This document shows positions 49,877-62,457 of a DNA stretch of 64,000 bases, one piece after another. Each line of letters starts with the position of its first letter. Within the stretch, counting starts at the first letter, position 1. Both the position numbers and the translations under genes were made by a program. Origin of the DNA: Callorhinchus milii (Eukaryota); assembly GCF_018977255.1 (NCBI RefSeq), contig NW_024704743.1:90894001-90958000 (forward strand), in the 5' to 3' direction. The notes under the pieces are model-generated. The model ran no database searches, had not been told where the DNA came from, and saw only the letters and a program-made list of their open reading frames with translations.

Positions 49877-51456
49877 AATTTTCTCTCTCCATAGATGCTG
49901 CCTGATCTGATGAGTGTTCCCAACTTCTGTTTCAATCCCAGCATTTGAGTGTCAACTTAGACTGTACAAGCTTTAAGTCCCAACATGTGGTTTGAACCCA
50001 TATCTTTCTGATTCTGAGACGAGTCAGAAGGCAGGTTATTCAACCATAATGGATCTTCACTAACCCCAATTCTATTCTCAACTTGATTTCCAGAAATGCA
50101 TATTTTCTAGCAGGTGTCATTGGGCACTGAGCAAAATCATGACAAATTTTACCTTTTTGTATCACTGGACTGTGAACAGAAAATTTCCGTGAGAAATTAG
50201 AGGGAGATCTATTTGGATTTTGAATCCAGATCTGACAAGCATCCAGAAAGTGCTTCTGAGAATAGAAACCTGGGAAGATTAGAGTCATTGTTGATATTGG
50301 AATACGACTATAGAAATGTAAATTGTCTGCGGTTATGTATCCCTTCCTCATTCAAATTCACCCCCGAAGAAAATCACATTGATTGCCTACTAACTTCATT
50401 GTAGCATGCGACAGGTTGTTGGTGCAATTTAGTTGTCTTGTTTGCTTACAGAATATTCATTCCTTAATTCATTTCCAATCATTCTCATTTTATTAAGCGC
50501 TTTGAGATGCCCTTTTACGTGAAAGGCACTACATAAATGTAAATTGGTGTTGCAGTCATAAAACAGAATTTTACCCTGCTGGAAATGATTTGTACATGGT
50601 ACGAGAAAAAGAGCTTGGGGGAACACGAACTACTTTCACAAAAGGCAATAAAGACTGCTGTGTTGTACATCAGTAGGGAGTCATGCTAGCGTTCCAGCAA
50701 CATCAATTTAAATAAAAGTTTCTCTACTTGCTAAGTCCCATTTGAGGTTGGGGCTTAAGCTCCTGAAAGGAAAGACTGTGAAAGAAGTCAAGCAGGACCA
50801 CCATTGATAGGTCAGACAATTTATCAACACAGATTAAATGTTAAGTAATGGGTCAAACTTTTATAAATTATAAGTTATAAATTATAACACATTTTAAGCA
50901 AAACTTTCTGGCTACGGAGGTGTTCTTGTGGTGGAATTGATTTTTCTTTCATAATCTCTAAGGCAGCAGGACTGAAAACGTCCTTTTTAGGGGCCCTATA
51001 GTGGGTCTGCAGACATTTCAGAGGTGATGTGTTTTGTTTGGTTATAAACAGGAGGTTTAACTCACTGTGAATTGCTTTATTACTGGGTTATTAAGATAAA
51101 ACAGCAGGAGTTTACCTTGCTTTTTAGTGAGGGGGATTGCATTAAAATACATTCTATTCTTAAAACTCAAGAAAATCTTAGGAGGAAAAGAAAGAATTGA
51201 AATTCAATGTGCCAGCTGATGAAACCATCTCTCTTTCTCTCAAAAGCTGAAGACAGAAGCTTTTTAGCTTTGCTTTTCTATTGCCAAGAGGATAAACACA
51301 ATGCTGGAGAGTTTTAGAGATTAAACTATAAAACACAAAACCACTGGTAGTTGTCAAAAAGAAACCGATAAATTGCTGAGTGCTGCAGTTTTCTCTTGGG
51401 ATTAAAGAGATTTTGTAATCTGGCAACAAGTAAATTTATAATGCTAAACAGTGCAC

Positions 51457-51560
51457 CAGCTATACTAACCTGCTCTTTTCAATCGGTGTATCAAACTCAG
51501 CTACACTAATCTGCCCTTTTCAATGGACCTAATAAACCAGCCACACTAACCTGCTCTTTA
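51457..51560. repeat. Degenerate ~40-bp tandem repeat, 3 units
   Basis: CAGCTATACTAACCTGCTCTTTT / CAGCTACACTAATCTGCCCTTTT / CAGCCACACTAACCTGCTCTTT at 51457, 51498 and 51538. Confidence 0.85.
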
Positions 51561-52469
51561 CAGCTAAGAACTAATTTTAAAAAAATCTATCTACTACACT
51601 TGGCACTCTACAATACAGTATATACACAAAAGATACATTTTGCCAACAAAATATACAGTCAATTCACTTCACAGTATATTCTGTGAAGCGCTTTGAGATG
51701 TGATAGGCGCTATATCAAATGCAAAGATTATTATCTTTAATTAATGCATTAACATATCTGCATAGACTTGACTTTTGTGCTTGGATTCTTAATCTAAGTG
51801 GACAGACAACTCCAAGCTGTTATTCTACATGGGCACTATATAAATGCAAGTTGCTTTCATTATTCTCATTTTAAAGGTAATATTAAGATTTACACATTAA
51901 CAATTCTGTAAATTACATTATATCATTCAAAACTAGAGGGTAATTGTATTATCTTATAATCTCTAACAAGATCTCTAGAAAGTTTATCACAGTTGATTTG
52001 GGAAAATAAGATTCAGCTAACGTTTGATACTTTCTAATTGAAACTGCATTTTTTGATTAGGAAACATCGCAGCACACACAATGGATTGCTTCGGGTCCGC
52101 TCAATCAATTTATTCAATTACCAGCCTCAACGGACCAACTTTCTTGAAGTCCTGTGCTTTGTCCTGAGAAATGTGAGGAAAGAAAAATAATTGCAGGCTT
52201 GCATCCAGGTCAGAAACAAACGCTTTTGCCCCGCCATTCAATAATATCATGGCTGATCTATTCTAACTCCATCTACCCGCCTTATCACCATATCCCTTAA
52301 TCCCTTTATCCACAAGAAATCTATCAATCTCAGTCTTGAATATGTTCAAGCACTGAGTATCTACAGCCCTTTGGGTAGAGAATTCCTAAATTCACTACCC
52401 TCTGAGTGAAGAAGTGTTTCCTCAACTCAGTGCGAAAGGGCTTACCCCTAATTTTAATATAGGCCTAAA

Positions 52470-55381
52470 TTGCTTAACCTATCCTCATAACTCATCTCCC
52501 TCATCCCAGGTACCAACCTAGTGAATCTTCCAAGGAGAGTACATCCTTTCTTAAATAAGGAGACCAAAACTGCACGTAATACTCTCGATGCGGTCTCACC
52601 AGGGCCCTATACAGTTGCAGGAAGACTTCCCTACTCTTATATTCTACCCAACCCTTTTGTAACAAATACCAACGTACCATTAGCCTTTCTAATTACTTGC
52701 TGTACCTGCAAACTAACTTTTTGTGACTGGTGTACAAGGACATCCAAGTCCCTCTGAACGCTAACACTATCTAGTCTCTCCCCTTCTAAAAAATAATCTG
52801 CTCTAATAATAACAAATAATAATAATAATCCTTGCATTTGATAGAGCGCTTTTCACGTCGGGAGGACGTCCCAAAGCGCTTCACAGAGTACACTGTAAAG
52901 TGAATTGACTGGATATTTGTGGGCAAACGCGGCAGCCAATTGCGCACAGCAGTGTCCCACAAACAGTCATAGATTGAAAATGACCAATTTATTATTGTTT
53001 TTAGTTTTGGGGGGATTATTATTAGGCTCTGTGTGGAGTAAGGAAACTTGCCCAAGGTTTCGCCCTCTGCCTGGAAATGAACTCAGGTCTCTCACTTGCA
53101 AAGCGAGTGCTCTAACCACTGAGCCACAGGACTCCACTGCTCTACTGCTTTTGCCACCTAGGTGGATGACTTCACACTTCCCTACATTATACTTCATCTG
53201 CCACCTATTTGCCCACTCACCTAGCCTATCCAAATCTCGTTGAATTTTTTAATGTCATCCTCGGTGTTTACTCTCCCTCCTAGTTTAGTGTCATCTGCGA
53301 ATTTGGATATATTAAGTTCGATGTCCTCATCTAGACCGTTGATGTAGATTGTAAATAGTTGAGGCCCAAGCACTGATCCTTGTGGCACTCCACTAGTCAC
53401 ATCCCACCAATCTGAGAAGGACCCGTTTATCCCTACTCTTTGTTTTCTTCCCGTTAGCCATTCTTCAATCCATGCTAATATATTCCCCTTAATTCCATGG
53501 GCCCTAATCTTGTGGATCAACCTTTTATGCGGCACCTTATCGAATGCCTTTTGGAAATCTAAATACACTACATCCACTGATTCCCCCCTATCTAATCTAA
53601 TTGATATGTCCTCAAAAAATCTAAAAGATTTGTTAAGCATGATTTCCCTTTTGTAAAGCCAGGTTGACTCTATCTAATCATATTGTGATCCTCTAAGTAC
53701 CCCACTACGACATCTTTAATTAAGGATTCTAGAATTTTCCCTACCACCGATGTCAGACTAACTGGTCTATAGTTCCCCATCTTTTGTCTCCCACCCTTCT
53801 TAAATAGTGGTGTTACGTTTGCGATCTTCCAATCAATGGGAATCGTTCCAGAATCCAAAGAATTTTGGAAGATCAGACACAAGGCCTCCACTATCTCATG
53901 AGCTACCTCTTTTAAAACCCTAGGATGCAAACCATCAGGTCCAGGGGCCTTGTCACTTTTTAATGCCAACAATTTCCCTAGCACCAATTCTTTGCTAATG
54001 TAAATTTCCCTAAGTTGCTCCCTATCATTAGCCCCTTGGTTCATCTCTATTTCTGGTAAACTTTTTGTGTCTTCTAATGTGAAGACAGAAGCAAAGTATT
54101 TATTTAGGGACTCTGCCATATTCTTATCTCCCATTATAATTCCTCCTGTCTCTGTCTGTAATGGACCCATATTTACTTTTGCTAGCCTATTCCTCTTAAT
54201 GTATTTATAAAAACTCTTACAATCAGTCTTAATGTTCCTAGCTAGCTTGCCCTCATAATCCATTTTCTCACTCTTAATGAGATTTTTGGTTTTCCTTTGT
54301 TGGTCCCTAAAACATACCCAGTCCTCAGTTTGCTACTCTTTTTGGCAGTTTTATAGGCCTTTACTTTTAGTTTTATACTTTCTCTAACTGCTCTAGTTAG
54401 CCACGGATGAACTGCTTTCTCTGTGGTACTCTTATTCCTCAAGGGAATATGTGATCGCTGAGAATTATGCACTACATCTTTAAACATTTGCCATTGATCT
54501 ATTGTCATATGCATTAATCTAATTCCCCAGTCTATTTTAGCTAATTCTTCCCTCATACCTGCAAAGTTAGCTTTATTTAAATTTAAGACCCTTGCTTTAG
54601 ATTTGACTACATCGCTCTCTAACTTAATACTAAATTCTATCATGTTATGATCACTCTGCCCTAGAGGAGCCTTAATAACTATATTACCGACTAGCCCTGT
54701 TTCGTTATACAAAACAAGCTCGTTGGTTCCTCAGCATACTGCTGCAGAAAGTTATCTCTCATACATTCTATAAACTCCTCCTCTACCCTACCTTTGCTGA
54801 TTTGGTTTTCCCAATCTATGTGAAGATTGAAATCACCCAATATTACTGTATTACCTTTGCTACATGCTCCTCTAATTTCTTGATTAATACCCTGCGCTAT
54901 GCTGTGATCAGTGTTTGGGGGGGGTCTATAAACTAACAAAAACTACTACTATAAACCCACTAATGTTTTCTGCCCCTTGTTATTTCATAATTCTTCCCAT
55001 ACCATCTCTACATCCTGGTTATCTGATTTGAAATCCTTCCTCTCTACTGTTTTTATTCCATCCTTTATTAACAAAGCTACACCCCCNACCTCGTTTTCCA
55101 CATTGTCTATCCTTCATATAAGTTGAAAACCCCAGAATATTTAACTCTCACCCTAGATCTCCTTGTAATCATGTCTCAGTAATGGTTACTAGATCATACC
55201 TGTTTGTATCTACCTGTGCCTTTAATTCATCTATCTTATTCCGAATGCTTCGTGCATTCAAATATAGTGATTTTAATTTCTTACCATTTCCCCTACTCTC
55301 TGCTGCCCTATCTTCTTTACTGATCTTCTTACCCCTCTTTGACCTATTCTGTTTATCTCTCTCGCTATTCTGTTCTGCCAC
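52470..55381 (-). pseudogene. CR1 ORF2 (APE endonuclease + reverse transcriptase), frameshifted
   Basis: [86 protein letters not shown]. Confidence 0.95.
52806..53137 (-). mobile_element. Young tRNA-Ala SINE inserted in CR1 ORF2, 7-bp TSD
   Basis: TGCTCTA at 52799-52805 and 53138-53144. Confidence 0.95.
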
Positions 55382-55442
55382 CTTTAGATTTCTTAATATT
55401 GCTGGCTTGCGATTATTTCTAATCGTATCCCTCCCACCTTTA

Positions 55443-56374
55443 CTAGTTTGAAGCTTTATTTATCTCCCTATGTATTCGATTTGCTAGGACATTTGTCCCA
55501 GCTTGATTTAAGTGGAGCCCATCTTTTTGAACTAGACCCCTTTTCCCCCAATACTGGTGCCAGTGGCCCATAAAATGAAACCCCTGCATTCTGCACCACT
55601 CCCTCAGCCATGCATTTAACTCTCTAATTTGCTTATTCCTGTACCAATTTACACATGTCAAAGAAAGCAATCCTGATATCACTACCTTTGATGTTTTTTG
55701 TTTTAATTTAGTTCCCAGCTCCTTGAACTCCCTCCTCAAATCATCACAACTAACCCTACCTATGTCATTGGTACCTATGTGAAATACCACCAATGGATCC
55801 TCGCCCTCATATTTTAGATTCTCCTTCAGCCCTGCCGAGGCGTCCTTCACCCTGGCCCCAGGAAGGCAACAAGCCTTCGGGTTTCCTGGTTGTGGCTGCA
55901 GATAAGTGTATCTATCCGCCTGATAGTCTTGTCCCCAATTACTACAACTTTCTGTTTGTTTCCCCTAATATTGGAATCACGTTTTCCTTCCTCCTCACAG
56001 GCTTCCTTGTCCACACAGGTTGCAAGGATCTTGTAACTGTTGGCCAAGGTTAAAAGCCTGAGGCTTCACTACCACTCCTTAACCTCCTGCCTGTCACACA
56101 CCCTATCCTATCCTTGACTGATACTATTATCTATACATTCCCTGAGCCTCAGGGGAATGACTGGCTCCAGGATGAAACTATCCAGGAAGCACTCACTGTC
56201 CCTGATCCTGCGCAATGTCTGCACCTCGGATTCCAGCTCAGACACTCTGAGCTGGAGCTGCCTCAGTTGCAGACATTTGCTGCAGGTGTGGTCACCCGGG
56301 CTCAGTCTGCCCTCCAGCAATTCCCACATGTCACACAACACCTGCCATGCCGTTATCACCTCTCCCACCCCCAC
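55443..56374 (-). pseudogene. CR1 ORF1 (zinc finger/leucine zipper + SGNH esterase), frameshifted
   Basis: CDMWE...CSKCLQLRQLQLRVSELESEVQTL; VVVIGDK (normally GDS), HIGTND, DGLHLN. Confidence 0.92.
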
Positions 56375-56475
56375 TGTGAATTAAAGTTTTATTTAATTAA
56401 TATATTATTATTTTTTAAAAGTTAAATTCTTAATTAATTTTTTAAAAAAATATTTTATTTTTAGTGTTGTTAATT

Positions 56476-56688
56476 AGTTCTTAGCTGTTAATTTACTGTT
56501 AGTTAGTAGTTAGTCGGGAGGACGTCCCAAGGCGCTGGGACGTCCTCCCGCCGTGAAAGGCGCTCAATAAATGGAATCTTGTTGTTGTTGTTGTTGTAGT
56601 GTTAGCTGTTAGTTTACTGTTAGTTAGTAGTTAGTGTTAGCTGTTAGTTTACTGTTAGTTAGTAGTTAGTGTTAGCTGTTAGTTTACT
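56476..56688. repeat. 35-bp minisatellite in the CR1 5' UTR
   Basis: Unit TAGTGTTAGCTGTTAGTTTACTGTTAGTTAGTAGT starting at 56597, 56632 and 56667 (partial), plus one unit before the L2 micro-insertion. Confidence 0.9.
56515..56596 (+). mobile_element. 82-bp L2 tail insertion with 5' inversion
   Basis: CGGGAGGACGTCCCA-AGGCGC-TGGGACGTCCTCCCG then the tail; TAGT on both sides. Confidence 0.88.
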
Positions 56689-56783
56689 CTTCCAGAATGT
56701 TTTGATTGTGATGTCTGTCTGATGTCACTTTTTAATTTTCCCGCAGGTCGCTTGTTTTTTTTATCTCTCTCCTCGCTCTGCTC

Positions 56784-57020
56784 TATCCCCCAGTGCCTTC
56801 GCCGCCTCCTCCCTTTCCTCCTTCAAGGCCGGTCTCAAGACCTTTCTCTTTGACCGTACCTTCAGCTCCCCTCTCGACTCTCTACCCCCTCCTCGCTCCC
56901 TCCCTTCCCTCCCCTCACCCTGACCACTTCCCCCCTGCTCGGGTCCTGGCCCAACTGTCCAGCGCCTTGGGACGTCCTCCCGACGTGAAAGGCGCTCTAT
57001 AAATGGAATCTTGTTGTTGT
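56784..57020 (+). mobile_element. Young L2 3' end with TGCTC TSD
   Basis: TGCTC at 56779-56783 and 57021-57025. Confidence 0.92.
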
Positions 57021-58957
57021 TGCTCCTGACTGGCTGACTGCTCTCCTCGCTGTAGCTTTTATCCCCTCTGCTAGGTCTCGGTTCCACCCCTCGCTCTCCT
57101 GCCTCTGCTCCTGACTGCATGTGATTCTATGTGATGCATCATCAGCCTTGACCTGAGCATAAGCATTGACCCAATTGTGGAATTTCAAGGTCTTTGTTCA
57201 ACAGGGAGCAGGACAACAGCTGTTGGCAAAGGTCGGGATGAAAACATCTTCAGGGAGCAGTTACTGAATTGGAGCCATTAGTGACATCAAGACAACAACA
57301 AGATTACATTTGTATTGCGCCTTTCACGTCGGGAGGTACAAGAATAGGTGAAACATCATTAGTGTATTGAGTGTGATCTCTACTGCAATAAATAACTGTG
57401 ATGGAGGCAGTGAGGTACACCTTAAAATAAGATGCATTTGCTTTTGGCTTTTTATAATTCTGCTGACATTTTTTGATTAGCAGCGAATGATCATTTATCT
57501 GGGGAACTGCTGATTTGGCTCCTGTGAGAAACTGGGAGAAATGTCCTTTATCTTTTCAAAGTGCAAACATGGGTCTTAAACCCCAAACCTTCGGCCTCAA
57601 GAGGCAAGAATTCCTATCAATTCTTAGCCATGTCTGGTTTATTTTTATTGTTCCTCTTGCAAATGTTAATGGTGGACGTTCTTAGCCATGTTCCTTGGGA
57701 GTAAATGAAACCAGTCCATCGTTTGCATATGCAGCACTTCCATCTCCATTAAGGAACAAGAGAAGGAATTTGATTTATAAATGGCACCCTTTTTGTAGCT
57801 GTAAATTTACTGACCTTATTAAATCAACAGGCTGTTCAGCAGTCTCACTTAGCAGAGTAAACCAATCAAATTGAAACCCAAGCCCTGTGGTTGTTTTCCG
57901 GTGCAGTTCAGTGCCTGGCAAAACCAATCATTCTGGACTAAATTAGACCTCGGTGCAATCAATCTCACTGCCACCCAATAAGTCAAACCTGCTCTTGTTC
58001 TCGGCTTCTGTTCCTGAATACGAAGCGAGTGAGAGAAACGCAGGCAGGCATAATTAGTGCAGTGTTCTGTTGGAGGCAGCATTGAAATGAATTCTAAGCA
58101 ATGGAGGGTTAATGAAAGGATACATTTTAATGAAACTGGTATTTCTGGATTGCAATATTAAATCTTTCCCCCTCGATCAGTGAGCTAGAAAATCTAGCAT
58201 GTTAGGTAAGGTAACACACAATTTTTTAAAAACACACAGTGTAACCTATGCCTGAAATAAATCTGGATAAAATATGATTCCCTTCACATTGTATTCAAAA
58301 TGCTACCCCTTGTGGAAGGTGCTATACAATTGCAAGTTATTTCTGTTGTTGCTGTATTGGTCTTCTCTAATAAAATGGAAATAAGGTGGGGCTACACCTT
58401 GGGTTATCTGTCCATACTGATTAGATTGAGGTCAAACCTGGTAGAACGACAAGTGGGGAGAATACTTTCTTCATTTTTAACTATGGGATGAAGAACTTAG
58501 TGAATTTTTGAAAATAGTAGTAACATAGCCTCATCAAAGTAGAGGTCCTGATATGGGCACCTCATATTGGTGGTAAAGATATGTGGAGTACAATTACTGT
58601 AGAGATTTCACAACATCACAAGATTGGCTTGGATGTGAATCTGCGGCCCATTTTGATTTCATCCTTCCAGAATACCCACCTTAGTGTCTCTCCATCATTA
58701 CAACACCAACAACAAAATTACATTTGTATCGTGCCTTTCATGTCGGGAGGACTTTCTCAGGTGCTGGATTACATCAAACTGCTTTATAAACCAGTCCAGT
58801 GTCCTGGCCTTTCTTGGTAGCATATTCCATTAATCCAATAATTCCATTAATTGTTGCTCATGGCTCATTTCTCCAACACTGGGGACCATGTTCGTTGCTC
58901 TCCTCTACACTCCCTCTAGGGCCTGGGCCGTCCTCTTTTGTTTTGATGATTCGAAGT

Positions 58958-59232
58958 ACGCACAACAATGTTCCATAAATGGCAATGAGGCGAATGAGCA
59001 ACGTTATTTGGGTGGATTGTTCACCAGGTACCGTGAAAGACTGTCTTCTCTTTTCAATTAGTACAATAGGATTTTTAACATCCACCTGAGAGAGCCTCAG
59101 TTTAAATTCTCATCCAAAGGACAGATTTCTCAGTGAAGTGTCAGACTTGAATACAAGTCTCGACGTGGGGCTTGAACCCACACCCTTCTGACTCAGAGAC
59201 AAAAGTGCTACCAACTGAGCCAGTCTGACACT
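58958..59232 (-). mobile_element. Deu-domain SINE
   Basis: TTTAACATCCACCTGAGAG; GGGCTTGAACCCACACCCTTCTGACTCAGAG. Confidence 0.7.
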
Positions 59233-59661
59233 AATAGCTTCATTCAACTGCTAAATGATTCACTAGTGGGAATAACTTCTCTAAAATAATCTCCTTGGAG
59301 AAATGGAAACTGGTGGATTCATGACAATAGAGTTTGAATCTCAGTAACTCAGCACGCAGGAACCAGAGCCTAGACTGTAAAGAATGGTAAGAAACAAAAC
59401 GTCTTTTGATGACTAGAATCTTTTGAAGAAGTACATTTATGGAGAACGAGATTAAGATTTCAGGCTCTTGTCAAATCTCAAATGAAAAGCCTCCTCTTCC
59501 AAACCTTGACACCACTAGATGCTCTCCTACAGATTTTTCTGTCCACAGGGAAACAGTACAAGAAATGGTCTCTACATGAATGCTTGATGAGCATTGGAGA
59601 TAAAAGAATACTGTCAGGATATCATACTTAAGGTGTTGGAATGAGTAGAAATGAAGGTAAT

Positions 59662-59898
59662 GTTTCCTCGACAGGGCAAAACCTTAGGCAAGTTTCCTTA
59701 TTCCACCCACGCCTCTACTTACCTAGAAGTAAATAGGAACCCGATTGTTAGTCGATTGGTGAATCACTTTTCCAGGAGTAATAATCCCTTCAAAAAAAAA
59801 ATATTTGGTCACTCAATCCATGATTGTTTGTGTGACACTGTTGTGTGCAATTGACTGCCGTGTTTTGTCCACAAAATATACAGTCAATTCACTTTACA
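59662..59898 (+). mobile_element. Long-variant SINE, internal part
   Basis: GGCAAGTTTCCTTA...TTAGTCGATTGG...CAGTCAATTCACTTTACA. Confidence 0.8.
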
Positions 59899-60913
59899 AT
59901 GCAGGGTGGGGGAAGAGGGAAAGGTGGGGAAAGAAAGTATAACACCAGACACTGGGTTAATCTAACCAATGTGGTTAGATGTCAATCTTTAATTACAAAT
60001 CTATTCTTAATTGAAATCAGAGCCCGCAGCTAACAGTGCCTTTTGTCACACTACTAGATTAGTTAGAAAATAATTACGCTTGCTGTACTTTACAAAAGAT
60101 GAACACTTCTACACCACCTTTAATTTGCAGAAACTCTTTCATAATGCAATTTCTGTATCAATACAGTACATCTCAGTGAATGTTTTGCTTAAATTGACAT
60201 ATTTTGCTTAAATTGACAGCAAAATTATATCTAATGTTGCAGTTCGCACTTAATATTGTTGTATGGTTAAGTTATTGTTCAATTGAATTAGACATTTTGT
60301 TTGCTGTCCGTAAGGGGAGTTGTAAATGAGGATAGCAGTAGATAGTGAATATATGAAATGACTGCTTTTTGGGTGATTTTAAACAAGTTATTCAAGTGCT
60401 AGGACCTTGAGATTACTGGGCAGAAATTCTACATGGGCTCAAGGGATTGAAAACCAATAATTTCCCTAGAATAGATTAACCATATCAGAGGATTAGCAGA
60501 AAAACAAATTTGACTGTGATTTTGAGAATGTCATTGAACCCTAAGGACATTCAGCCAAACCCCTGGAAACAGTCAGTCAAGTTTGGACTCATCTTCAAGA
60601 TGATTCCAGCAGATGTTTATGCTGTTTCATGTTGTCTTATAGTAATGAATCATTTCCTTTCAATTCTTTTTCTACCTTTGATCATTTTGCAAGAATTTCC
60701 TGTTGCATTATGCAAAAAGTACATTGATCCATTCTTTTGGGTTTGGGAGAAGTCTGTTACAATGTATCGTGGTATAGTGCTGATGCTTATATCCGCTGTG
60801 AGGTACACCTGGCTTCCAATGCTTAAACAAAATGACTACTGGGTTATTAATGATGTCATTTCCTGCACAGAAGCATTGCTGATATTATTTGCCATTTGTT
60901 GTGAATGGACAGT

Positions 60914-61068
60914 ATAGAATCATAGAATCATACAGCACAAAAAAAAGCCATTCGGCTCATCGTGTCTGCTCCGGCTCCGAAAAGAGCAATCCCATTGGCC
61001 CGCTTTCACTCCTTAGCCCTGCAATCCTGTCCTCTCCAAATACCCATCTACTTCTCTCTTAAAAGTTC
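60914..61068 (-). mobile_element. CR1 extreme 3' end
   Basis: TAGAATCATAGAATCATACAGCAC...GCCATTCGGC. Confidence 0.8.
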
Positions 61069-62381
61069 TAGGAAGTGAAAATAAAGGATCTGGAAAGCTT
61101 ACATAACTAGAAAATTAATTTTGTGAATTGCTGCTTGCTTATAACTTTTGAAAACACAGTGATTAAAACATCAGTTAGACAATATTGAAGCAGAATGGTA
61201 AGTTTGGTGAGTGAAAATTCAAAAAGGTTTTTCAAAAGACAATTTAGTACAAATGTGTCTGAAGATCTTTTTCACCATTTCAACAATTTCAAAAAGGACC
61301 TTGGAGCTGGTCAGATTTCTAAAATAAATTGCCAAATGATCATCTTTTCACAACCTGGTTTTAACATTGAGAAAACTAATAAGTGTTTAAGCAACACAAG
61401 TGAGTCAGGCTGCTAAGGTAAGATTTGCAGAACTGTTTTACATTATAAAAGAAATTGCAGCAAAGACGGAATTATAACCATCTAGCCAATTGAGCCAAAG
61501 CTGGTGCTAACTCCCCCCACTGGAGCTATCCACTCAAATTACAATCAACAACAATAACAACTGTATAGTGCCTTCCACACAGGGTAGCATCTCAGAGTGC
61601 TTAACAGTGGCAGAGCCTGACTCCGAGCTGGTGGGGCGAAAGGGTGACTGTAAGCACGGTTGAAAAGGAAAGTTTTCAGGTGGAACTTGAAAACGGAGAG
61701 AGAGGGTGGAGGGATTGAGGGTGGGGGCAGGCCAGAGCCTGCTTTAATAATTAAACAGGGAGAAAACTGCTGGGAAATGAGAAGACAAAATGAACATTAA
61801 AACTGAATCCCAATTAGTCAGGACTGGTTATATAACACTTCACTGTTTCCCCTTTAATTACTTTTGGCTTTTTGCGTACGACTTTTGTTACCAGCACTTT
61901 AATGAGACTCCTGGGGTCTCACAATTAGTGTTTTAAAATCACTTTACAAAACTTCAAATTCATTCTAAACAGAATTATCCATCAGGGCCAATAACATCAA
62001 TTACTGACACAGGATACGCATTTTACAAGCCATGAGTACATATACAGAAAAAAACTATATTCTGATTAAAAGATAGAACCTTGTAAAAATACTGCATGTA
62101 TTTTTACCAATATGCATCTAGTACAGCTCATAGAATGGGATAAAAAAGCAGTGTAAATAGTAATTATAATAATCTATATGGAATTTCATAAGGCATATTT
62201 GATGTCGGGAAGATGTTCAAAGTGCTTCACAAGATTTGCGATAAAGTTTGGTGACTGTGTATTTGTAAGCACATAGCCAATTTTTCCACACAGCAAAGCC
62301 CCTCAAATAACCATAAAGTTTTACCTGGGGCACTGAAAACGTTACCAAAAAGTATTAGTTTTACTTAAAAGTGAACTAAAT

Positions 62382-62457
62382 CAACAACAAGAAAATTACA
62401 TTTGTAACGTGCCTTTCACGTCGTGAAAGGCGCTATACAAATGTAATCTTGTTGTTG
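62382..62457. repeat. Palindrome formed from two inverted L2 tails
   Basis: CAACAACAAG...ATTACATTTGTA...GCCTTTCACG-T-CGTGAAAGGC...TACAAATGTAATCTTGTTGTTG. Confidence 0.92.

Larger units (their letters stand above)
49064..49936. mobile_element. Penelope-like non-autonomous element with inverted termini
   Basis: GGGAACACTCAGCAGGTCAGGTAGTATCTATGGAG (left) is the inverted counterpart of CTCCATAGATGCTGCCTGATCTGATGAGTGTTCCC (right); contains a hammerhead core; Penelope assignment from recall. Confidence 0.6.
48780..50025 (-). mobile_element. Deu-domain SINE split by a Penelope-like element
   Basis: Tail and Deu core at 48780-49063 (CATGGGATCTTTAACATCCACCTGA), head at 49937-50025; CCCAGCATTT(T/G)AGT at both junctions. 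Confidence 0.75.
52228..57120 (-). mobile_element. 5'-complete CR1 LINE (subfamily B), inactivated
   Basis: 5' UTR with internal repeats, ORF1 and ORF2 remnants in order; multiple frameshifts and three nested insertions; terminal 3' tail missing. Confidence 0.93.

Noticed and set aside
51457..51560. CRISPR-like array
   Set aside because: Vertebrate context, only three degenerate units, spacers too short and related, no cas genes
60510..60917. 135-aa hydrophobic ORF resembling a membrane protein
   Set aside because: Non-ATG start, no recognisable family motif, T-rich composition explains the hydrophobicity, and its stop lies at a CR1 tail junction
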